Below are positions 1 to 10,078 of a DNA stretch of 64,000 nt, piece by piece. Under the pieces are notes generated by a model. That model was not told where the DNA came from, did not search any database, and saw only the letters and a program-made list of their open reading frames with translations. Origin of the DNA: Callorhinchus milii (Eukaryota); NCBI RefSeq assembly GCF_018977255.1, contig NW_024704743.1, forward strand, positions 106,332,001 to 106,396,000, written 5' to 3'. Positions within the stretch are counted from its first letter, which is position 1; every line of letters begins with the position of its first letter. The position numbers and the translations under genes are program-made.

Positions 1-690
1 GAGAACGTCCCAAGGTGCTGAACAAAGTTACGGACCTGAGCTGAGGGTCGGGGTTGGGGAGGGGGGAAGGCGGGGGGGCGCAGGGAGATTGAAAGCACAG
101 TCAAAGAGGAAGATCTTGACGTGGGTCCTACTTAGGAATTAGGAGCAGGCCATTCGGCACTAGAGCCTGGCCCGAAGGTGGCGAGGGAGGGGGGGAGACG
201 GAGGGACTGCGGGATGGAGTTCCAGAGAGTGGGTGCAGAGTAGTGGAAGACCCGCCCACCGATAGTGGTGCAAGCAAGGCAGGGGGCATGAAGCAGGTCA
301 GAGCCCGCTGAGCGGAGGGAGTGAACAGGATGGAGGGGCTTAGGAGGTCAGAGAGGTAGGGGGGAGCAAGACCATGGAGGGCTTTGAAGATGAGGACCAG
401 GATCTTGAACTGTATCCTCTGACAAATATTCTGTCAGGACAGCAGAGGTCCTGAAGTCGAGGGTGGAGGCAGAGAGATAAGAGTTAGGTGTCATCCGCAT
501 ACATATGGAAGTTGACCCCATGTCTGTGCATAAGGTTGCCAAGAGGGAACATATAGATATTGAAGAAGAGGGGACGAAGGACAGAGTCCTGAGGAACGCC
601 GCACGAGACGGTGGGAGAGCTAGGATCTGAACCATTCAAGGACAGAACCATGATGGTTGAGATGAGAGGAGGTGGAGGAAATAGTGGTCC
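1..690 (-). mobile_element. L2-clade LINE, decayed RT and 3' region fragment
   Basis: Minus strand encodes the SVLRPL/FHIYADDT-type RT segment; sequence matches the other L2 copies in the window. Confidence 0.8.
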
Positions 691-2199
691 AGTGGAATCT
701 AAAGTGCAGATTTAGACACACATATTAATCAAAAATCAGATTCTGATTACATTTTCTTCTTTAGAATTACAAACCACACCACAAACAGCAAAATTCAACA
801 TATTCAACATCACTCAACTGCAGTAATTTAGATCCATTTTGATGCATCAACCCTATGCATTGGAACAGGAGTAGGCCATTAAGCCCCTCGAGCCTGTTCC
901 GCCATTCTCGTAGATCATGGCTAAAAGCAAACATCTCTGTAGGTTTGAATGGGGGATACAATCTATTTCTCCTCATCTTTGTAAAGGATGTATTTCTCCT
1001 TGTATTGACAGCTTTGAACTTCAATTTCCAGACATAAGATTTTTTTTACAAAAAAAATCTAGATCTATGGTGATTATTTTACATTCTTTACTCCACCTAT
1101 CATCAGACATACAAGCTGGACAGTTGCCAAGGCATAATAATAATCCTTACATTTGATATAGCGTCTTATCACATCTTCGAGACATCTCAAAGAGCTTCAC
1201 AGAATATACTGTAAAGTGTAGTGTCTGTATATTTCGAGGACCAAAATAATTTGCTTACTAAAGGGCACCACTGCAATAATCAATTTTATTCCTTTATGTT
1301 TCGAGACACTACCCCACGTGAATGGCACTATAAGAATGCAAGTTGTAAATGATGTTACTGTTTTCTACATTGTTTTTCAATGCATAGAATTACTTTTTAA
1401 AAAGCTGGTCACACACTTCCAAGACTATTACTCAGCTAGAATGTTATGTGGTAATCCACCACGAACAGCACAGTGTAAAACTGCTTTACAAATCCATTCT
1501 TGTAAATTCTGGCAGAGGAATTTAAGGAATTGCCATCCATCAACAGACCTTTATCATTGCTTGGTTTGTAAATCACTAAATGCAAATCCAGTTCATCCTC
1601 AACAACTCAGTTTCAACCAGGTAGGAAGCTTAAGCACGAGTCTACACACCAGAATATGTGATCTTATTGTGTAGAGATACAAATACCTTCAATTCATTCT
1701 TTACATTTTGTAATTTCACAAAAATAACAAATATATTACTAGTTAGAAATGATCATTTACCTTTTGTTCCACACTTTAAGATCATTCCTCCTCGGTGCAG
1801 CGTATCCACAAGTGATCGAGGTGGCGCAAACGGGCTACATAAATGTTTAAAAATAAGTATTTTTAGAGAATGGAGTTACTGATGCCAATTGTGTATTGTT
1901 GTAGCCAAGCAGAAATTCAGACTTATTTGATTGTCACCTTTTAAACCTGCAGCAGAATTTTTTTTTTAGAAAACCTGTAAGACATCTCCTGGGAGTTTTA
2001 TCCATTTTAACCACTGCCAAACTTTAACATTAAATGAATAGAAATGGTATATGATATTCTGTCGTTATTACCTGCAAATGACCTACTTGGAAATGCTAAT
2101 TTTTTGGTGTCATCCAAGTGTCTGACACATGCGGAAACCCATCACCATGCTTTCAGGCACTCACACGCCTTTCCCATCCTCACCTCAAATGCTAAATTC

Positions 2200-3937
2200 G
2201 AATCTAAAGTCAAGGGAATCTGCTCAGCTGTCTCTGCATCTGCTACCTCCTCCCCATCTCCCCCTCCCACCCCGGCACCTACCCATCCCTCCCTCCTCCA
2301 CACCTTTGAACCTGTCTCCCTCTCCTCTCTCACCATCAGCATAACCTGTATGAAACTGACTACCTGCTCCCTCAAACCCCATCGCTAACCCCCCCTTACC
2401 TCCCAGCTGCACCTCCTTGCCCCTCTACTCACTGACATATAAACCTCTCCCTGTCTTCTGGTACTGTTCCCCAACCCCATTAAAAACCACCATCATCACT
2501 CCTATCCTTAAAAAACCTCCCTGGGCCTATCTCTATCTCTACTCCCAAACTACTGCCCCGTCTCCAACCTCCCTTTCCTCTCCAAGGTCCTGGATCCAGT
2601 TGTTGCTTCTCAACTTCGCTCCTTCCTCTCCCGCCACTCCCTTCTCGAATTCTTCCAACTGCCCACAGCACAGAAGCAGCCCTGGTCAGTGACAAATGAC
2701 ATTCTGTCCATCTGTGACCAGGGCTCCCTCTGCCTCCTCATCCTCAATATCTCTGCTGCCTTCGACACCGTTGACCACTCTATCCTCATCCACCGCCTCT
2801 CCTCTCACTTCAACCTTCACGGCTTTGTCCTTGACTGATTGAAATCGTACCTCTCGTACAGTTTCCATTTCATCTCCACAAACGACTTCTCCTCTAGCCC
2901 CTACACCATCTCATGCGGCATTCCTCAGGGCTCTGTCCTTGGTCCCCTCCTCTTCAATATCTATATGCTCCCTCTTGGTGACATCATTCACAGACGTGGG
3001 GTCAACTTCCACATGTATGCGGATGATACCAACTTTACCTCTCTGTCTCCACCCTTGACTCCAGGACCACTGCTGTCCTGACAGAATGTCTGTTGGACAT
3101 CAAGTCCTGGATGAGAGCTAACTTTCTACAGTTGAACGTCAACAAGACTGAGGTCATTGGCTCCCGTCAGCACCTCCTCACTTCAGGCACTGACAGCACA
3201 TCAACATCCATGGTTGCACGCTCCACCTTGCTAAGCCAGTCCAGAATCTTGGCATCTTGTTTGACCCTCAATTATCTTTTCTACCCCACATCCATTCCAT
3301 GACCTCTCTGCCTTCCGCCACTTCCGTAACATCGCCCGGCTCCGCCACTGTCTTACACCGCAGTCCACCGAAACCCTCACACAAGCTTTCATTGCATCGA
3401 CGCTCGACTATGCAAACTCATTGCTTGTCGGCCTCCCCAACTCCTCCCTCCGTTGGCTGCTGATCATCCATAACTCTGCAGCCCGTGTCCTCTCCCACAC
3501 TAAGCTCCGCGACCCTATCACCCCCATCCTCACCCAACTCCACTGGCTTCCCATCACACAGAGGATACAGTTCAAGATCCTGGTCCTCACCTTCAAAGGC
3601 CTCATGGTCTTGCTAACCTCCTAACTCCCTACCTTCCTGCTCGCTCCCTCCGCTCAGTAGGCTCTGTCCTGCTTCACGTCCCCCGCCTCGCTCACCCCAT
3701 TCTGCCCCCACCTTCTGGAACTCCATCCCACAATCCCGCCACCTTGCCCCCTCCCTTGCCACCTTCAAGACCCATCTCAAGACCCTCCTCTTCGACAGTG
3801 CTTCCGATCTCCCTGATTCCCCCCCCCGCCCTCCACCCTCCCCGATCCCGACCCCCAGCTCAGGTCTGAAACTCTGTCCAGCGCCTTGGAACGTCCTCCT
3901 GACATGAAAGGCACTAAACAAATGTAACTTTGTTGTT
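2200..3937 (+). mobile_element. L2-clade LINE, 5'-truncated and degenerate
   Basis: Frameshifted ORF2 pieces [32 protein letters not shown] and LHWLPITQRIQFKIL; 3' tail ends in (TTG)n. Confidence 0.9.
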
Positions 3938-4849
3938 CGGACACTCTTTCAGCACTCCAAGCCTCACCATCTTCAATGCACGCCTCGTCAGTCTATCCAG
4001 CTCCACTGCTCACAAAATCCAACAGATCTAAAACTCCGCTGTCCCCAAATCCCCACCCCCATTACTCCAGTCCTTACCAGGCTCCACTGGCTCCCTGCTG
4101 CAGAATGGAGCAGATTTCAAGATCCGCACAATCACTTAGAAATCACGTCATGCCCAAGCACTTCTCTATCCTCCAACCTGCTCACATCCCATTCTTCTTC
4201 CAGCCTCCATTGCACAGAAGGCAACAGTCTTAGGGACATTCTTTGTCTGCTCTGCTCCTCCATTGGTGCCCTTCCTTTCAGTCTGTTTACATATAATTTG
4301 TTTACATTATCAACGTGTGTCGTGCTTTCAATCACTATGTCCAAAACTCTCGAACTCCCCGCCTGAACCCCTCTGCTTTACCCCCTTCTTCGCTGCCTTC
4401 AAATTGCAACGCCCTTAATAACAAATTTAACAGCAAGTGATGACAATAATAATTATCATGGAGCTAAATTTATTATGAAAGCTATTCGGGTAAGAGGACC
4501 CAAACCAGACCGATGCCGCCTACACGTGGAAATTTCCGTGTTTTGAAATGCAATGCACTCTCTCCCCAGAGGGACGCATCCTGACTCTCTAATTGCAGAG
4601 TGCAACAGGCAGGTTGGCAAGAGCCAAGGTTTGGGGCCAATCCAACAGTTTGTGTCGGGAGAACTACAAACAAACACGAACAGCCATGAAGTGAAAGAAA
4701 ATAGAAGATGCACATGTACTTTTTCATATATTATATATATATATATGTATACGTATAATGTTAAAATAAAATAAAAACCACCTGACCACATTGATGGGTT
4801 TGGCCACATTTAGTGGAGCGGTCCTCAAACTCCCACTGCAAACTCTTTA

Positions 4850-5720
4850 AAACCAAACGCCGGGAAGACTCGAAACACGACCTGTGTGTACCCGAGAGAC
4901 ACCCCGAGAGAGTGGAGAGGGGGACCTGAAGCCCTGCCCGGCCCTGCCCTGCCCTGCCCGGCCCTGCCCTGCCCGGCCTGGCATGACCTCTCCGCTCTCA
5001 ACCCACACAACAGCCACACACACACACACACACACACACAGAGAGAGAGGGGACTGGCGACTCCAGGCGGCGGCGGCGGCGCTTTGACCTTTGCTGGAGA
5101 CAAACAGCAACAGGCGGCGGCGGCTGAGGCGCACAAGTCAGGGCCCCTCCCTCCAGCACCAACAGCCGCCCCTCGGGCTCAGCCACTCGGCTTCAGCCGC
5201 TGACCAGAGCCGCCGCCACCGCCGCCCGTACTCCTTGTTTTGCGGCCTTTAGTCTGGGTCTCTCGGGGGGGAGGGGAGGGGGGGGTGTGAGGGGTAAACT
5301 GCTCCTACCTATCCGCGTGCGCTCCCCGTTAGTTATCTGTCGACAGCTCCGTGGCCTCATACCCCCGGCTCGCGGCGCCCGCCCTCCCTCCCCGCCGCCT
5401 CTCACTGGCCGCCGCGCCGCCAGCGCCTGGTTCACACGCTCAGCCGCCCGCTTCCGGCCAGCGAGGGCGCCGCGCAGGCGCGTCAGCGCGATAGGGACAC
5501 TCCGTTGCGACCTCACCGGCCGGAAGATGACACGCAAAGCGCGTGCGCCCTCTCACCCCACCCCAGCGAACAGGCGCCTGGACCGTCGCACAGTCAGTCA
5601 TCGGAGAGAGAGGCCGCGCGCGTAACATGTTGTGGCAGAGCGTGGCCGAGATCTTCCTCTTCGTGAAAGGACTCGGCGAAGCAGATAAGATACAGTGTCT
5701 GTGCACCAGAGCTTTTGTAG
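4850..5720. promoter_or_regulatory. CpG island, probable bidirectional promoter (TGS1 and a divergent gene, likely TMEM68)
   Basis: GC- and CpG-rich stretch in an otherwise CpG-poor window. NRF1-type GCGCAGGCGC (5472-5481) and GCGCGTGCGC (5539-5548); ETS/GABP-type CTTCCGG (5451-5457) and CCGGAAG (5520-5526). Minus-strand donor candidates at 5516 (CCG|GTGAGG) and 5308 (TAG|GTAGGA). Confidence 0.8.
4931..5080. repeat. Simple repeats (GCCCT/GCCCG)n, (CA)n, (GA)n and (GGC)n
   Basis: Directly visible: pentamer array 4931-4978, CA run about 5015-5040, GGC run about 5066-5080. Confidence 0.9.
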
Positions 5721-5721
5721 A
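5627..5721 (+). CDS. TGS1: TGS1 coding exon 1
   Basis: ATG at 5627 reads MLWQSVAEIFLFVKGLGEADKIQCLCTRAFV, resembling the vertebrate TGS1 N-terminus as recalled (W..VAEMFLF...CLCSRAFV). Donor GA|GTAAGT at 5722, phase 2. Confidence 0.93.
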
Positions 5722-5987
5722 GTAAGTCTCTCGTTTTGTCTTCTTGCTCGTGTCACAGTGTTAGACGTCTATCAGGGGAGGAGGAGGGGGAGGTCCAGCA
5801 GACTGCCCTGCTCCTGGGATGTGTGATTTGATGCAACTGGAGCTTAACCACCTGAAGCCTTGTGGCTTCCCTTTGACCACAACCTTCTCGCTGCTTGTCC
5901 AGCTCGGACCTCCCTGTTACAGTTTTGCTTCGCAGGGTTAACTGGAGTTGATTGGGGAAGAATCCCAGCCTCCCGGTGACTGGTTTA

Positions 5988-6335
5988 AATAATAATAATA
6001 AATGGTCCTCGCATTTGATATAACAATCCTCGCATTTGATATAGCGCTTTTCACGTCGGGAGGACGTCCCAAAGCGCTTCACTGAAGACACTGTAAAGTG
6101 AATTGACTGTATATTTGTGGGCGAACGCGGCAGCCAATTGCGCACAGCAATGTCCCACAAACAGTCGTAGATTGAAAATGACCAATTTATTGTTTTTGGT
6201 TTTGGAGGGATTATTATTAGGCTCTGTGTGGAGTAAGGAAACTTGTCCAAGGTTTCGCCCTGACCTGCCTGGAATTGAACCCAGGTGTCTCGCTTGCAAA
6301 GCGAGTGCTCTAACCATTGAGCTACAGGACTCCAC
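5988..6335 (-). mobile_element. tRNA-derived SINE, full length (young family)
   Basis: Reverse complement of the 50691 copy: tRNA-like head, shared body and (TTA)n tail. The terminal TCCTCGCATTTGATATA segment occurs twice. Confidence 0.9.
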
Positions 6336-7630
6336 GGTTTGCCCGTTCAGTACCTGCCAGTGAGCCACCCAGACTGGCTGGCCTTTCATCTGCTGGAGTA
6401 CTGAAGATGTGATTCTGATATTCTGTTCTCAGGCCTGCCTGCCAGTTCAATGACAATGTGGACCAGTTTCGCCCACAAAAATACACAAGTCAATTCTCGT
6501 TACAGTGTGTTCTGTGAAGCGCTTTGAGACATCTCGAAGATGTGATAAAGCACTGTATCAAATGCAAGGATTATTAGTGTTTTTTATTAATGAAAGTAAT
6601 AATAGTCCTTGCATTTGTCAGCACACATCAGGAGGATGCCACAAAGTGTATTGCAGGCTATACTGTAAAGTATAGTAACTGTATTTTGTGTACAATAGAG
6701 TGTGACAACCATGAATATTATCTGTGCGCAATTGGCTGCTGCGTTCCTCCCACAAAATATACAGTCAATTCACTTTACAATATATTCAGTGAAGTGTTTT
6801 GAAACATCTTAAAGATGTGATAACGTGCTTTATCAAAAATGCAAGGATTATATGGGGAATTATTGAACAGGAGCAACTCCCTTCACTTTTCAAATAAGAT
6901 CTTATCTTTAACGTCTACCTGAACAAGCAGACAAATCCTTGGTTTAATGACTCTACCATAGGATGAGTTGATTTATGATTGATTTTTCTCACTTGTTTGC
7001 TCCTGCCCCAGTTTTCTAGCACCATGTAACTTCACAATGCAGTAGGATAGGCTAAAGACCTGTTCCCAGGACTCTGCTGTGTAGACCTATTAGCGCTGTG
7101 CGGCACATTAATTATACATTATAATTATTAATTATATATATGGATCAATACTACATGTTGATATGTAAGAATAATCTGTCATGTATGATAGAATATTCGA
7201 ATGATCAATTTTGATTTGATCAAAAAATACTGGCATGGTTGCAATGGCAGACGGCAGGTGTTTAATTTTTCTTGCATTGGAAGATTGCCCAAAGTTAAGG
7301 TTTTGTGCCACGGGTTGTTTTCCATTCTTGCTATCAGCAGATGGATGGGTCTATTGGTTTCATGATATATTTATCCATTGTTTAATTGAGCAGCAATTCT
7401 TATCCATATGTACAAAATCAAAAATTACATTAAACAAGAACAGCAAAGTTATTCTGCTCTTGAGCACTCTTCACAATTAAATTGCCTGTCTGCTTATAAC
7501 TATCCAATGAGAATCTCTGTTACTTGAAGTGTTTATTAGGAGGGCATTTAGGATCTTTTGTTCACCTGCCAATCTCAACCATAACTATAAACAAGGTGAG
7601 TTCCATTGGGAAGGGTGTTTTTTTTGCAGT

Positions 7631-7833
7631 AATTTAAAATTACACTAAAAAGTTTCTATAGCGCTTCTTGATTTCAAGGCTTTCTCCCCAGGGTGTCCCT
7701 TATTAAAGAGAAAAGCAGAAGCTGCCAACACTTGATACCTCTATCTGGTGGAACCACTGTTCATTTGGTATAGGTGTGTATCTGGGATGAAATAAAAAAG
7801 CGCTATAGAAACTTTTTAATGAAATTTTAAATT
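7631..7833. repeat. 46-bp inverted repeat pair (MITE-like or fold-back element)
   Basis: 7631-7676 and 7788-7833 are reverse complements, with 4 mismatches in 46 nt. Confidence 0.75.
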
Positions 7834-8213
7834 GTGGAGTCCTGTAAATTAGTGGTCAGAGCACTCACCCCACATGTGAGAGGACCTGGGTTCGATTCCC
7901 GGGCAGGGCGAAACATTGGGTAAGCCTTCTTTCTCCATGACCCTCTGTTTACCTAGCAGCAAGTAGGAACCCGGTTGTTAGTCGATTGGTGGATAGCTTT
8001 TCCGAGGGTAATAATCCCATTAAAAAAAATTAATAATAATTTGGTCATTCAATCCATGACTATTCGTGGGATACTGCTGTGTGCAATTGGCTGCTGTGTT
8101 TCGCTCAACAATATGCAGTCAATTCATTTTACAGTATATTCTGTGAAGTGCTTTGAGATGTCTCAAAGACGTGATTATGCGATATGTCAAATGCAAGGAT
8201 TATTATTATTATT
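7834..8213 (+). mobile_element. tRNA-derived SINE, longer variant with an extra central segment
   Basis: Same GTGGAGTCCTGTA head and (TTA)n tail as the young family, plus about 60 additional nt at about 7938-8008. Confidence 0.85.
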
Positions 8214-8537
8214 AGTCAGTGGTTTATGCTGAGTTTGCTGATCACCAGACCAGACTCTGGGAACTGAGTCTCTTCCAATTTGGTTCCTCCTAACCCTGCA
8301 AGTCAAAATCCTAACAGGTAGGATGGTGCTTGCTGGACAAGAAATTTGCTACTGTTTACTATGACAACCTATGTGGTTCAACTGATTAAACTCCAGCAAT
8401 ATCCCCAATGCACCTTCTGGACTTCCTAAGCATTGGGTCTTGCAAATGAGCCTAAACCTTCTTGGATTAGGTAAGCAGTTGGTGTCATTATAGGGAGAAT
8501 GAGCACTCAGTACTGGACAAATTGAAATTGCTATGCT

Positions 8538-9213
8538 TACAGTGGAATCTTGTTATAACATGGCAGTTGGGGGGTCCATAAATCCCAAGCCGCATTATAA
8601 TGAACGACTAACACCAGTTAGTGCTTGTGGGATTCACTAAATGTGTGCAGAAAGTTTCCAGTCAGTGCTCAGTGCTTTTAAAAAAAAAGCCAACATTCAG
8701 ATTGTTGCCGACATAATTTCCTGTGCACTGTGACGTTGAAGGCAGGGTGATTATCTGGAAGTCGGGCATTGTTTTAGTGAGCAACAGCAAGAACTCACAT
8801 TTATGTATTACCTTTCTCTGGGGTAACATTTCAGAGCATGGCAGAGCTGAGCCGGGGAGAGAGAGGAGGTGAACATAGCTATGGTCAAAGAAGAACGGCT
8901 CTGCGTTGTGCTCCGCCATTGTCAAGTGCTCTAGGACGCTGGCCTGCGTGAGGGGGCGCAATATAAATGCAAGTTGTTGTTGTTGCCTTCAGGTACAATT
9001 TGAAGACCAGCAAGTAAGGGGCAAGGCAGAGGGAATTCAGCCAAGAAGCCAACCGGCATTTTGTAGCAAGAAAAATAATTGATTTCAAGCATGCTGCCCG
9101 ACTTCCCGCATACATTTCAGAGGTTTTGTTAAATAAGTCGGGATTCACATCTCAAACGTGCGATAAGTAATCCTAGGTTCAAACAAAGTGCTTCATAGCG
9201 GGCTTTTACTGTA
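8538..9213. mobile_element. Possible old Tc1/mariner (Tigger-like) non-autonomous element
   Basis: TA|CAGTGGAATCTTGTTATAAC at the left end and ...CATAGCGGGCTTTTACTG|TA at the right end: degenerate terminal inverted repeats flanked by TA. A short L2 tail lies inside at about 8925-8985. Confidence 0.35.
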
Positions 9214-9465
9214 CTGGAACCCTTACGGTTTTGTTGATTAGCTGCATGACTAACACTCGAGTTTCCGAGTGTCAGTCATACAGCTGACCAACAAAACCTA
9301 TTGTAGCAGGATTTGGTGTAATAGTATTAACTGTCCATCATTGAAGATGAACAACATGAACTTTGATATACAATTAGTTGGATACATGCTGAAACAATCA
9401 TTGCATCTCAAACATCTGTGTGCATTGTGTAAAAATAAAATTGTCTCCTCTTGAAATTATTGCAG

Positions 9466-9530
9466 TGACCGGGATTTTTACCGTCAAGGATTGAAAGGAA
9501 TAACCTATGATGAAGACGACGATGAAGGAG
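9466..9530 (+). CDS. TGS1: TGS1 coding exon 2
   Basis: TTGCAG| acceptor; reads (D)DRDFYRQGLKGITYDEDDDEG, compare human EDRKLYNLGLKG. Donor G|GTACAA; phases 2 to 1 fit the neighbouring exons. Confidence 0.88.
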
Positions 9531-10078
9531 GTACAATATTTGGTTGTTTGGTTGAAAGTTGAAGCAGTGTTATTTTTCTAAGTTATTTAAGTTAGGAACT
9601 TTTTAATTCATCTTTCCCATGCACACTGCATAAGCACATCAATACTTTGTCCTCCTTATATATGTATTATGCAGATGTAAAAGGTGTGAGCAGCTTATCC
9701 AGTGAATATGTCTCATGATGCAAGAATGCACTTACATTGCAAAATGTGTGTTCTTTTCGTATCAGCGGAAGATTGAGTTCTACTCTGTGATTGTGTATTT
9801 TGTGTGTGAATTATGTAAGTGGATATTTGTAAAGTACTTGGCTAGGTTAATTGAATGACCCCATGTATTAGGCCCTTGACATGTTGTGCCTTAGAACGAA
9901 TATACCCTTTTGGCTTGGCTGGGATTGCTCTCCTTTGGATCAAAACATTATGAAAAGCATCACATGATTACTTGAATTAAATCTAAACTGCTATTACAGT
10001 GCAATACTAAAGAAGCACTGCATTGTTGTAGGTGCCGTCGTTCAGAAAATATATTAAACTAAGGTTCTGTCTGTTCTA

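Noticed and set aside
4456..5706. Overlapping ORFs in and beside the CpG island as TMEM68 or novel proteins
   Set aside because: Mostly low-complexity products of GC-rich and microsatellite sequence; no resemblance to TMEM68 as I recall it.
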